This document shows, piece by piece, positions 1 through 10,054 of a stretch of DNA of 64,000 nt; position 1 is the stretch's first letter; every line of letters begins with the position of its first letter. The notes under the pieces were generated by a model. It was not told the DNA's origin, made no database searches, and saw only the letters and a list, made by a program, of their open reading frames with translations. Source of the DNA: Spirochaetia bacterium (GTDB lineage Bacteria; Spirochaetota; Spirochaetia; DSM-2461). Position numbers and translations under genes: made by a program. The DNA is taken from contig CAXXIA010000002.1 in the NCBI GenBank assembly GCA_963666985.2, positions 1,056,001 through 1,120,000 of the forward strand, in the 5' to 3' direction.

Positions 1-87
1 ACTACAAAAACTTACGAAGACCGCCGGCGGGGTAGTCCGGATTCAACAGCGGCGTTATCATCCCATGTACGAAGGAGGTATCCTCAA

Positions 88-1083
88 ATGCCGGTTAATC
101 TCAAAGGCCGATCGCTGCTTACCTTAAAAGACTTTTCTCCGGAGGAAATCCGGTATCTCATCGACCTTGCCCTCAACCTGAAGGCAAAAAAGCAAACGGG
201 AGTGAGGGGACGAACGCTTGAAGGCAAAAACATCGTCCTGATTTTCGAAAAAACCTCCACGCGGACCCGCTGTGCGTTTGAAGTTGCCGTTCATGACGAA
301 GGCGGTAACGTCACTTTTCTAACCAACAGCCAGATGGGCGTTAAGGAATCCATTGAGGACACGGCAAAGGTGCTCGGCCGCTATTATGACGGCATCGAAT
401 TCCGCGGCTTCAGTCAGAAAACCGTAGAAACTCTCGCCGCCTGCGCGGGAGTACCGGTCTGGAACGGACTGACCGATCTCTATCATCCCACGCAAATCCT
501 CGCGGATTTAATGACCATGCAAGAGTCCCTTAAAAAACCGTTTAGACACATGAAACTGTGTTTCGTCGGCGATGCCCGAAACAACATGGGCAATTCTCTG
601 ATGATCGGTGCCGCGAAGATGGGCATGAGTTTCACGGCGGTCGCGCCGCCGGCGCTTTTCCCTTCCGAAGAAATTGTTAATTATGCGCGGCAGGTGGCCG
701 CGGAAACAGGCGCCGTAATTGAAGTAACCGACGATGTGCCCCTGGGTGTAAAGGATTCCGACGCAATCTATACCGATGTCTGGGCATCTCTGGGTGAAGA
801 AGATAAATTCGCCGAGAGAATTGCGCTGTTAAAACCTTATCAGGTGAATACGGCCCTTATGGACAAAACGGGAAATCCCGATGTTATCTTCATGCATTGC
901 CTGCCTTCTTTTCACGACTCCGAAACCTCAATCGGAATGAAAATCAAAGAAGTTCATGGTCTCGAATCCATGGAAGTAACCGACGGCGTTTTTCGTTCTC
1001 CCAGGTCCGTTGTGTTCGACCAAGCCGAAAACCGGATGCATACAATCAAGGCGATAATGGTGTCCACATGCGGGAATATTTAG
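88..1083 (+). CDS. argF: Ornithine carbamoyltransferase
   Basis: Motifs [22 protein letters not shown] and AENRMH; SD GGAGG upstream. Confidence 0.93.
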   Translation: MPVNLKGRSLLTLKDFSPEEIRYLIDLALNLKAKKQTGVRGRTLEGKNIVLIFEKTSTRTRCAFEVAVHDEGGNVTFLTNSQMGVKESIEDTAKVLGRYYDGIEFRGFSQKTVETLAACAGVPVWNGLTDLYHPTQILADLMTMQESLKKPFRHMKLCFVGDARNNMGNSLMIGAAKMGMSFTAVAPPALFPSEEIVNYARQVAAETGAVIEVTDDVPLGVKDSDAIYTDVWASLGEEDKFAERIALLKPYQVNTALMDKTGNPDVIFMHCLPSFHDSETSIGMKIKEVHGLESMEVTDGVFRSPRSVVFDQAENRMHTIKAIMVSTCGNI

Positions 1084-1158
1084 CGGGATTATTATAAGGA
1101 ACGTACGCGAAGCCATCCGGCGCGGCCGAAAAACCGGCCGACGGCTTCGCCTTTTGCC

Positions 1159-2295
1159 ATGGAAATAATCAGAGCCACTCGGGCCTATATTCATATTGAC
1201 TCTCTGACACACAATCTCGCCGCGATCCGCGAATCCGTCCCTCCGGGAACACGCATCTGCGCCGCCGTAAAAGCCGACGCATACGGACACGGAGCGGTCC
1301 GCGTCGGAGAGGAACTCAGAAAAGCGGGTGTTGATTACCTCGGCGTCGCCACACCTTTCGAAGGTCTGGAACTGCGGGAGTCCGGCGACACCGGAGGCAT
1401 CATACTTTACGGGCCAACGACGCCCGAAGAGATTCCCGTTACAGTCGCGGCGAGACTCGAACCTTTGGCCCCGAGCCGGGAATATATTGAAGCAATCGAA
1501 GCGGAGGCAGGCAGAAACACCGGGAACGGAAGAAGCCTCTTAAAGGTTCATCTGAAAGTGGACACGGGGATGGGCCGCATCGGCTGCCGTCCCGATGAAG
1601 CACTCACTCTGGCCCGACTTATCGATGCATCCCCCCGTCTGGAATTGGCCGGACTGGCCACGCATTTTCCCGTCGGAGATTCGGATGCCGACGAAAATAT
1701 CGAATTTACGCGAACGCAAATCGCCGCGCTCAAAACCGTCGCCGAAAAAATCAAAGCCGCAGGCATCAATCCGGGAATCATCCACGCCGCCAATTCCGGC
1801 GGAATCGCCTTCCTCCCTCAAGAGGCGGCCCTCAGCATGGTCAGGCCGGGCATCGCCCTCTACGGCTACGGACCCGCAATGCCCCAAGGCGGCCCGCTGC
1901 GGCCCGTCATGGAACTGAAAACCAGGATCACAGCGATCAAAAAAATCCGGGCAGGAGAGACCGTCTCCTACGGCCGGACCTGGCGGGCCGCCGAAGAAAC
2001 CCGGATCGCCACGCTTCCTGTGGGATACGCCGACGGGTACTCCCGCCTTCTTTCCAACCGCGCCAAAGTCCTCATCGGCGGCCGGCTCCATCCGGTCGTC
2101 GGAACCGTCTGCATGGACCAAACCATGGTGCGTCTCGAAGACAGGGGAGAGAGCAACCTCTACGACGAGGCTACCCTTTTCGGCCCCGATCCGGCCGGAC
2201 CGAACGCCGATGATTTGGCGGACATCATGGGAACCATTTCCTACGAAATCACCTGCGGTATCAGCCGCCGTGTGCCGCGGGTTTATATTGATTAA
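1159..2295 (+). CDS. alr: Alanine racemase
   Basis: AAVKADAYGHG PLP-lysine motif, HLKVDTGMGRIG, VRPGIALYG, VGYADG, GTISYEITC. Confidence 0.96.
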   Translation: MEIIRATRAYIHIDSLTHNLAAIRESVPPGTRICAAVKADAYGHGAVRVGEELRKAGVDYLGVATPFEGLELRESGDTGGIILYGPTTPEEIPVTVAARLEPLAPSREYIEAIEAEAGRNTGNGRSLLKVHLKVDTGMGRIGCRPDEALTLARLIDASPRLELAGLATHFPVGDSDADENIEFTRTQIAALKTVAEKIKAAGINPGIIHAANSGGIAFLPQEAALSMVRPGIALYGYGPAMPQGGPLRPVMELKTRITAIKKIRAGETVSYGRTWRAAEETRIATLPVGYADGYSRLLSNRAKVLIGGRLHPVVGTVCMDQTMVRLEDRGESNLYDEATLFGPDPAGPNADDLADIMGTISYEITCGISRRVPRVYID

Positions 2296-2425
2296 CTGCC
2301 TCGCACCGCACATTCATATTGATTAAGCCGCCGAATGCAGACGCATCCATTATTAATCAAGCCTCCGTGCAGCACATGTTTAGACTGGTTAACAGCCGCA
2401 CACAGCACACCCGTATCTATTACAA
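2264..2425 (+). repeat. Degenerate ~31-34 bp tandem repeat derived from the alr 3' end
   Basis: Units end at 2295, 2326, 2360, 2392 and about 2425. They start with (g/c)ccgcc-like sequence and end tattgattaa / tattgattaa / tattaatcaa / gactggttaa / ctattacaa. Confidence 0.6.
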
Positions 2426-2451
2426 TCACACGGCCGGCAGCGCCATTCAAA

Positions 2452-3474
2452 TCAAACGGTTAAAATAAAACTCACCGCGAACGGCACCAGAATGGTCAGC
2501 ACCACGCCGCTGAAAAGAGCGGGCACCGCCCAGGCCCGGCCGGAACACTGCACCGTTACGGCAAGCGTCGTATCCATCGACGTCGCGCCGCCGGCGGCCG
2601 CAGGACCCGCGGGACCGCCGAGGAAGGCCAGCAGAGGGGCCGCGAGCAGCGTCAAAATCTCCCTGAAAATATTCGAAAGAAGCGCCACGGCGGCCCAGTC
2701 GCCCCCGGCAAGCTCTTTAATCACCACACTCGATAAACTGTAGTACCCGAATCCGGCCCCCACGGCCAAAGATTCCCGCACCGGCAATCCGGGCCAAAGC
2801 AGCGCCGTACCCAGACATCCGAGAAAAGTTCCAACAATCACGGCCAGAGGCAGCAGCGCCATGCGCACCCCGTGCTTCCTGACCGTCGCCGCAATCGTCG
2901 GGTCCGCACCGGCCGCACTTCCGACCAAAAACATGAGAAGGTAGAGAATCCAGGTTACCGGATTAAACGGATGATCCCCGAAGCTGGGCGTAAAAATGCC
3001 GACCGCAATCCCCAGGCCGAACGCCCCCGCCGCCGCCAGGCTGCCGCCGAGAACCTTCCATTTCCCTCGCGGAACCTCTTGAACTCTTTCGGCCCCATGC
3101 ACGGCTCCCGCCGCAACGCCTTCTGCGAAGTCACCGTCGGCCGCTCCACCATCGAGCCCGTTGCCGCTCCGGCCGCTTTCTTCACCATTACTCTCTTCAG
3201 CGCCGCCGACAACCGAAAACTTCCCGACCATCACCCGGGCGGCCGCCACGCTTCCTATAATTGAAGAGGCGGCCAGAACCAGTCCCTTCACGCCCAGCAG
3301 AGGAATCTGCGCCAGCAATTCCCCGTCCGAACCGATATCAATACCCAAAAAGAATAAAAGGAAACGAATCACCCATAAAGTGAAACCATCAAGAATCGGG
3401 AACAGCCGGGATTGGGAGCGAAGAAAAAAGCCCGCGGCCATTCCAAGAACCATGGCGATTAAAACCCCGATCAA
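2452..3474 (-). CDS. LysO (YbjE/DUF340)-family lysine exporter
   Basis: Multi-TM protein with GFGYYSLS, LSNIFRE and GGATSMDTTL motifs. Start reassigned to TTG 3474, which follows SD AAGGAG. Confidence 0.85.
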   Translation of the reverse strand: MIGVLIAMVLGMAAGFFLRSQSRLFPILDGFTLWVIRFLLFFLGIDIGSDGELLAQIPLLGVKGLVLAASSIIGSVAAARVMVGKFSVVGGAEESNGEESGRSGNGLDGGAADGDFAEGVAAGAVHGAERVQEVPRGKWKVLGGSLAAAGAFGLGIAVGIFTPSFGDHPFNPVTWILYLLMFLVGSAAGADPTIAATVRKHGVRMALLPLAVIVGTFLGCLGTALLWPGLPVRESLAVGAGFGYYSLSSVVIKELAGGDWAAVALLSNIFREILTLLAAPLLAFLGGPAGPAAAGGATSMDTTLAVTVQCSGRAWAVPALFSGVVLTILVPFAVSFILTV

Positions 3475-3681
3475 TTCCCACTCCTTAAAATTTCCGCCGA
3501 AAGAGTTCCAAATCCTAAGGATTCTTCTCTGCGGCGTATGCTCCGCTACTATACCAAATCCCTTTCGGCGCGACAGCGCAAAGCGGCGGGCATTGACCAC
3601 CGGGGGAGTGACGATCTAACCTAATCGCTATTCCGGGACGTTTTAGGCTCTCGGAACGAACCCCAAACCGGAGATAAAACT

Positions 3682-5146
3682 ATGAACTATTTCAGTTCCC
3701 TGCCCTTCCGAGAGCAAGTTCAGCAGCTCGGTACATGCCGTTTCATGGAATCAAATGAATTCCACGGGACCGACGCCCTTAAGGGTCAAAAAATCGTTAT
3801 CCTCGGCTGCGGCGCTCAGGGTTTGAATCAGGGACTCAACCTTCGTGATTCGGGCCTCGACGTCGGCTATGCCCTGAGGGAAGAAGCCATCGCCCAAAAG
3901 AGACAATCCTGGAAGAACGCCACCGAATACGGCTTTACAGTCGGCACGTTCGAAGAGCTTATTCCCACCGCGGATCTGGTGATGAACCTCACTCCGGACA
4001 AGCAGCATTCCCCCGTGGTCGGGAAAGCTCTTCCCCTGATGAAAAAAGGCTCCAGCCTGGGATACTCCCACGGCTTCAACATCGTGGAAGAAGGCATGCA
4101 AATCCGGCAGGACATCACCGTCATCATGGTGGCCCCAAAAAGTCCGGGCTCGGAAGTCCGCGAAGAATACAAAAGGGGCTTCGGCGTTCCAACTCTCATC
4201 GCCGTTCATCCGGCCAACGATCCGGAAGGCAAGGGCTGGGAAATGGCCAAAGCCTACGCCGTCGGTCTGGGTTCGGACCGGGCCGGCGTGCTCGCCTCCT
4301 CGTTTGTTGCCGAAGTAAAATCCGATCTGATGGGCGAACAGACCATCCTCTGCGGCATGCTCCAGGCCGGTTCCCTTCTGTGCTTCGACAAAATGATCGC
4401 CTCCGGCGTGGACGAGCGGAAAGCCGCGTCCCTGATTCAATTCGGCTGGGAAGGAATCACCGAGGCTCTCAAGCACGGAGGCATCACCCATATGATGGAC
4501 CGCCTCTCCAACCCGGCGAAAATTAGGGCGAACGAACTTGCCGATCGGCTGAAAGTCATCATGAACAACCTGTATTACAAACACATGGACGACATCCTCT
4601 CGGGGAAATTCTCAACAACCATGATGGAAGACTGGAAAGCCGGTGACAAAGATCTGCTGAACTGGAGAGAAGAAACCGGAGCAACGGCTTTTGAAAAAGC
4701 CGCCGACGCCGACCGTTTGCCCTCGCAGCAGTATTTCGATGAAGGCGTTCTCATGGCGGCCATGGTGAAAGCCGGCGTGGAACTGGCATTCGAAGCCATG
4801 GTGGACAGCGGAATCAAACCGGAATCGGCCTACTACGAATCGCTTCACGAGCTTCCGCTCATCGCGAACCTCATCAGCCGGAAAAAGCTCTACGAAAATG
4901 AACCGCGTCATTTCCGACACGGCCGAATACGGCAACTACCTCTTCGCCAATGTCTGCATTCCGCTGCTGCGGGACTTCATGAAGACTCTCAACGAGGAAG
5001 ATCTGGGACGCCCCTACCCGGCCGATGAAGCCGTGGACGATATTGAACTCATCACGGTTAACGAGGCCATCAGGAACCATCCTATCGAAGTCGTGGGCAA
5101 AACCCTCCGATCGCAAATGAAAGGCATGAAGGCCCTCTCTTTATAA
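3682..5146 (+). CDS. ilvC: Ketol-acid reductoisomerase, long (class II, ~487 aa) form; one apparent +1 frameshift at the A-run 4895-4898
   Basis: [40 protein letters not shown]. Removing one A joins ...KLYE to [16 protein letters not shown]. Confidence 0.93.
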
Positions 5147-5172
5147 ACCGATCCCGACCGCAAATCGCACCC

Positions 5173-6909
5173 AAAGAAAGGGGCTGTCTCATAAGAGGCG
5201 GCCCTTTTTCATGTCTGGAAGAATTCCCTTCTGAATTCAAGGGTGGTAGAATTCTTCATGGACACTAAAAAGAAGGCTACATTCAAAGATTACGAAATCA
5301 GCCAACAGATGCTCCTGCCTCCAAGTCTCGATGAACTGCTTCCCGCAAACCATATATCCCGCACAATCAACAACTTCATCGACACGATGGATACCAGTGA
5401 GCTCTTCAACGCCTATCCGGGAGGCGGTGCCAGCAGCTACCACCCGGTGATGATGCTGAAGGTTCTGGTGTTGGCCTACTCGAAACAGCTGTATTCCTGT
5501 CGTCAAATCGCAGACGCTCTTCGTGAGCAGATATGCTTCATGTGGATCAGTGGTAATAACCGTCCTGATTTCCACACGATAAACAGATTTCGTAACGGTC
5601 CATTGAAGAAGAGCATCGAGAAAATCTTTGCCTCAATGGCCAACAGCCTCATCGAGAGCGGACATGTCCAGATGGAGAACTACTTTCTCGACGGCACAAA
5701 AATCGAATCAGCAGCTAACAAATACACATGGGTATGGGGCCGGGCGACAGACAAGTTCCAGAAGCGCCTGGCCGGCAATATGGATGAGCTTTTCGAATAC
5801 ATCGACCGCATCAATGAAGAAGAGGATGAGAAGTACGGCGACCATGACCTTCCCCATGTGGATCCTCAAGGCAGGCCGATGTCGGAGATTCTCGAAGATG
5901 CGGTATCCAAGCTCAATGAAGAGCTGCGCAAGGATCGGGAGGAGCGAGAAAAGAAGGAGATTCAACGGAGATTGAATACCGCTAGCAAGGACTATCTCCC
6001 TCGTGCCAAAAAGTATGAGCAGCAGAAGAGAATCCTCGGCGACCGAAATAGTTACTCGAAAACAGACTATGATGCGACTTTCATGCGGATGAAAGAAGAC
6101 TATATGAAAAATGGTCAGCTCAAGCCCGGGTACAACATCCAAATGGGTACTGAGAACCAGTTCATCCTCGGATATAGCATCCACCAGAGTCCCGGTGACT
6201 CCCTGACATTGCCGCTACATATGGAGAAACTGAAAAAGAATCTGAAACGCTATCCGAAAAGAATCATTGCTGATTCAGGATATGGTAGTGAAGAGAACTA
6301 CCAGTGGTGTGAGGATCATGGTGTCGAGAAGTACATCAAGTTCAGCTACTTCCACAGGGAGCGGAAACGGAAGTTCAAGAAGCAGATTCATATGAAAGAG
6401 AACTGGGACTATCGTGCCTCTGATGATACATACCGGTGCCCCAAGGGTCGCCGATTCAAACACGAGGAGACCAGAATCTCGAAAACAGGTTCAGGATTTC
6501 CGACCACTGAAAAAAGGTATACAGGCCCTGGATGCCAAAGGTGTTCTCTCCGAATCCGGTGCTGCAAATACGGAGGCAAAGAGCGCATCCTGACGGTTCG
6601 TCCAAACCTGGAACGGCATAAGTCTGAAGTGCGCAAGTTGCTGACTTCAGAGGAAGGACTGAGAATGCGCTCTCTCAGGCCGATTGAAGTCGAATCTGTA
6701 TTCGGAGATATCAAGACGAATATGGGATTTCGGAGATTCCGAACCAGGGGATTGAAGATGGTCAGTACTGAATGGGGACTGTTGAGTATGGCTCATAACA
6801 TGAGGAAGCTACAGAAACGATAAGGGGATGGGAGGGAACCTCCCGTCTTCGGAGGTCAACCAAATTTTAAAAGGGGCTGTCTCAAACTAATGAGACAGCC
6901 CCTTTCTTT
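5173..6909 (+). mobile_element. IS1182-family insertion sequence (exact ends uncertain: outer 5173/6909 or inner 5195/6887)
   Basis: Perfect 19-bp inverted repeat aaagaaaggggctgtctca (5173-5191) / tgagacagcccctttcttt (6891-6909). TAA lies at both inner junctions (5192-5194, 6888-6890). A single transposase lies inside. Confidence 0.88.
5258..6823 (+). CDS. IS1182-family DDE transposase
   Basis: N-terminal YHPVMMLKV...PDFHTINRFR domain; DDE motifs LDGTKI, ADSGY, VESVFG; also KTDYDATFMRMKED and C-terminal Cys cluster. Confidence 0.92.
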   Translation: MDTKKKATFKDYEISQQMLLPPSLDELLPANHISRTINNFIDTMDTSELFNAYPGGGASSYHPVMMLKVLVLAYSKQLYSCRQIADALREQICFMWISGNNRPDFHTINRFRNGPLKKSIEKIFASMANSLIESGHVQMENYFLDGTKIESAANKYTWVWGRATDKFQKRLAGNMDELFEYIDRINEEEDEKYGDHDLPHVDPQGRPMSEILEDAVSKLNEELRKDREEREKKEIQRRLNTASKDYLPRAKKYEQQKRILGDRNSYSKTDYDATFMRMKEDYMKNGQLKPGYNIQMGTENQFILGYSIHQSPGDSLTLPLHMEKLKKNLKRYPKRIIADSGYGSEENYQWCEDHGVEKYIKFSYFHRERKRKFKKQIHMKENWDYRASDDTYRCPKGRRFKHEETRISKTGSGFPTTEKRYTGPGCQRCSLRIRCCKYGGKERILTVRPNLERHKSEVRKLLTSEEGLRMRSLRPIEVESVFGDIKTNMGFRRFRTRGLKMVSTEWGLLSMAHNMRKLQKR

Positions 6910-7518
6910 TACCCCGGGAATACCGCTATCGGAATAAACGAACCGTACAAGAACCAAACTGATTCGGCCGTTTTACGATAAAAAATCATGCAAGTCATTG
7001 CTTACAATTATGCCGCGTTATCTTCGGCCGAATAAGCTTCAATCAAATCGTCACCGATTATTTCTCCATAGAGGCTTAAATCCTTATCCCCGAAGACATG
7101 CTATGTTCCACGACTTTTTAAAATGGACGAAGGCTGTTCTTCCGAAGCAATATTTATTTCCGGGAGTCCGAGTTAACGCCGAAAGACATGGACGTTTTCC
7201 GTCCCGGAAACAGCAAGAAGATTACAGAGGATTGGAAGGGACCTTCTTACGGTATACAAACGGATACAAATCTTCAACCAAATTAACTCAAAAGTCCCGC
7301 TCTTACAGCACTCAGCGACAAGATATATTAGTAAACAGAACCATTTAATTCATTCGAAAACCAAATTTCTTATTCCGAAATATCGATGCTTTTTCGATAA
7401 TGGTAAATAACTTTACTTTCAACATTTGACTTATCATAAAAACTTGCTGTCCTATTATTGACGAAAGAAATGCAATATATTATGTTTTAAAAAAATTAAC
7501 AAATGAGGAGAATCGGTA

Positions 7519-7857
7519 GTGGCCAGACCCCGAAAAACAACTAAATTCGCAGAGTATCTCAGCGGTCTTACTGTTGCAGACTTAAAATTACTGAAAACGG
7601 AAATCACTTCGGAAATTCGTGTTCGTGAACGCGAAGCCGTTAAGGCGAAGAGTGAAGCTGAAGCTTTGAAAATCCGGGATAAAATTCGCATCGGATCCCA
7701 GATAACTTTTGAACAGCGCGGTTCGGAAGGGAATCCGCTTAAGGCCGAGGTTATCGGTATATTCACCGATAAAGTTCAGGTGGAAGTGGAAGGACGAAAG
7801 CGTTCAATCGCACTGACGCGTGTTACATCCGTTAAAATAACCGATTCCACACGCTAA
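7519..7857 (+). CDS. Small basic hypothetical protein (N-terminal helical/coiled segment, C-terminal small beta-barrel-like segment)
   Basis: SD GAGGAG, promoter-like TTGACG(7458)-17-TATGTT(7481), and its own terminator. Confidence 0.8.
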   Translation: MARPRKTTKFAEYLSGLTVADLKLLKTEITSEIRVREREAVKAKSEAEALKIRDKIRIGSQITFEQRGSEGNPLKAEVIGIFTDKVQVEVEGRKRSIALTRVTSVKITDSTR

Positions 7858-7858
7858 G

Positions 7859-7881
7859 AAAGCCGCCGATCGGCGGCTTTC
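7859..7881 (+). terminator. Intrinsic terminator hairpin
   Basis: aaagccgccg-at-cggcggcttt directly after the stop codon. Confidence 0.75.
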
Positions 7882-7960
7882 CGTATTTATAATACCGCGG
7901 ATTTGCATGCGGCGGACCGTTGAAAATACCGGCTCAAAAAAATAACCGATATAAAAACAA

Positions 7961-8726
7961 TTATGGATCCAAACCTTTCATCTTATCCCGTATCCTGGCC
8001 GCCCTTTCATAATCTTCTTCATCAACGGCCGCGGAGAGTTCTTCGGCGAGTTTTGCACGAAAACCTCCGGAGGTCATTTGGTGTTCTTCGGTTTCACGCA
8101 CCTGGGAAATCACCTGTGTAAGATGCTGCAGCGATCGGATTTTTTCAAACTCAAAAATAGGAGTCGGCACGGGATTCAGCGCTTCAATATCCTTTTTCCC
8201 TTCCCGAAGCTCTTGGATCGCCTGTTCCGGTTTTTCCTCCGAAAGCCGAATCATAGCTTTGGAAATTGCATACATCCTAAGAATGTACGGATGGTACTGA
8301 AGAAGTTCATAACGGTCTTTCCCGGGGTAATAATCAACGAGGTAAACGAATAATACGCAGATTATGATCCGTGTCGCGAACAACCCGATCATATTGCCCC
8401 ACTTGAAAGAGCGCCAAATAGCGGTAATAAAACAGCACGCCCTCTTTCTGAAGACGCCTGAAATCATTTTCCTCTAAAAATAATTCTTTTCCTTGTTTGC
8501 GGAAGGATTGCTCTTTTTCAAGATAAATATCAAGGATACTTTCCTTGCCTTCGGGGCGAAAACCGTCCGGGCGGCCGTTGAGATCATACTGCTCGATTCC
8601 CATGGGCTGACGAATCTGCATGAGTTCACGCCCGTCATCCCCGGTTAAAAAACGAACGTTATTATCTTCATCATATTCCCAATCTCCGAGAATATTCGTT
8701 AAATCAGATGTATAACCCCGGCTCAT
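7961..8726 (-). CDS. Conserved protein with C-terminal UvrB/UvrC (UVR) motif; apparent +1 frameshift near 8345
   Basis: C-terminal LSAAVDEEDYERAARIRD UVR motif. Removing one base joins ...DHNLRIIR to YLVDYYPGKDRY. Confidence 0.8.
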
Positions 8727-8906
8727 GAATCCCTCAACGGAAATTTTAATACTTCCGGCGGCGAATATCCTTCTTTAATGAAGTCAATTTCATAATTCAT
8801 GCGATTGAATTTCTCCCGAGGAAGGAATTCAGTAAAATCAATGTGAAAAATCGTCTTCATTTCAAAAGACATTATTACGGCGTTTTTCCGGCGTCGGCTG
8901 AAAGAA

Positions 8907-9923
8907 TCAGCCGACTGAGCTGTTCCTCACGCTTATTGCCGCGGCGATTTTCCCGGCGATCTCTTTAAGCGCCGAGACGGCTTCACCCTCGGTGTTGCCG
9001 GCGGTTAAAGGTCGGCCGGTCTCGCCCGAAGCGGTAACGGCGGCCTCCAGAGGAATCCGGCCCAGGAAAGGAATGCCCATCTCGGCGGCCGCCTTTTCTC
9101 CGGCGCCGGAACCGAAGATGGGTCCCGCCATATTTTCAATGATACCCAGAACCTCAACATCCAGCTTGCGGAACGCATCGACGCCCCGCCGCGTATCGCT
9201 TACCGAAACGCCCTGAGGCGTTGTAACGACAACGGCTCCCGAAAGCGGAAGCTGCTGGGCCAGACTCATCTGCGCATCTCCGGTTCCGGGCGGCAAATCG
9301 ACAACAAGATAATCCAAATCGCTCCAGGAAACTTGGCCGATAAGCTGATTGATGGCATTGTGAATCATGGGACCGCGCCAGACCAAAGCCTGTTCCGGCG
9401 GAATCAGAAATCCCATACTCATTAATTCAATGCCGTATTTCTCCACCGGCAAAAGTTTCTCCCCGGCCTGCTGAGGAGATTCGGAAGACCCCAAAAGGTT
9501 CGGGATGTTCGGGCCGTAAATATCCGCGTCCAAAAGGCCCACTTTGGCTCCGGCGGAGGCCAGAATCACCGCGAGATTTACGGCTACGGTGGACTTTCCG
9601 ACACCGCCCTTCCCGGCTCCGACCGCGATAACGTTTTTAAAAGGAACGTTGGCCAGCTTTGCGTCGGAACGGACCCGCGCGCCGAAATTGATGCCGATGG
9701 TTCCGATTTCGGGTATGTCCCGCCTGAGGGCTTCTTCGCAGTTCTTGCGCAGAGTTTCCTTCATCGGACAAGCCGGTGTGGTCAGCATGATGGTAAACGT
9801 CAAATCGACGCCGTCGATTTTCACGTCCTCGATAAATTCAAGAGACACCAGATCTTTTTTCAGTTCGGGGTCGTCAACAGTGGCCAGTGCGGCCATGACA
9901 CGTTCTTCGGTGATTGTAGGCAT
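8907..9923 (-). CDS. mrp: Mrp/ApbC Fe-S cluster carrier ATPase
   Basis: N-terminal DPEL...LTTPACP domain, GKGGVGKST, DADIYGP, WRGPM, DLPPGTGD, ENM. Confidence 0.92.
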   Translation of the reverse strand: MPTITEERVMAALATVDDPELKKDLVSLEFIEDVKIDGVDLTFTIMLTTPACPMKETLRKNCEEALRRDIPEIGTIGINFGARVRSDAKLANVPFKNVIAVGAGKGGVGKSTVAVNLAVILASAGAKVGLLDADIYGPNIPNLLGSSESPQQAGEKLLPVEKYGIELMSMGFLIPPEQALVWRGPMIHNAINQLIGQVSWSDLDYLVVDLPPGTGDAQMSLAQQLPLSGAVVVTTPQGVSVSDTRRGVDAFRKLDVEVLGIIENMAGPIFGSGAGEKAAAEMGIPFLGRIPLEAAVTASGETGRPLTAGNTEGEAVSALKEIAGKIAAAISVRNSSVG

Positions 9924-10024
9924 AATGGATTCAATATACCCATGAGTGAAACGGCGGGCAAATCGAAAAGAAGGCGCGGCCGCGGGGAAACTCCGGGCGG
10001 AATCCGAAACGCACCGGGGGGATC

Positions 10025-10047
10025 ACCCGGCCCCTTTGGGGCCGGGT
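10025..10047. other. Perfect GC-rich hairpin just downstream of the reconstructed stop of the Ig/barrel gene
   Basis: acccggcccc-ttt-ggggccgggt; no canonical U-tail in the gene direction. Confidence 0.55.
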
Positions 10048-10054
10048 AAAAAAT

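Noticed and set aside
2296..2451. CRISPR array
   Set aside because: The units are contiguous and degenerate, with no unique spacers and no cas genes.
6998..7348. 116-aa ORF downstream of the IS
   Set aside because: TTG start, no SD, no recognisable motif; treated as non-coding.
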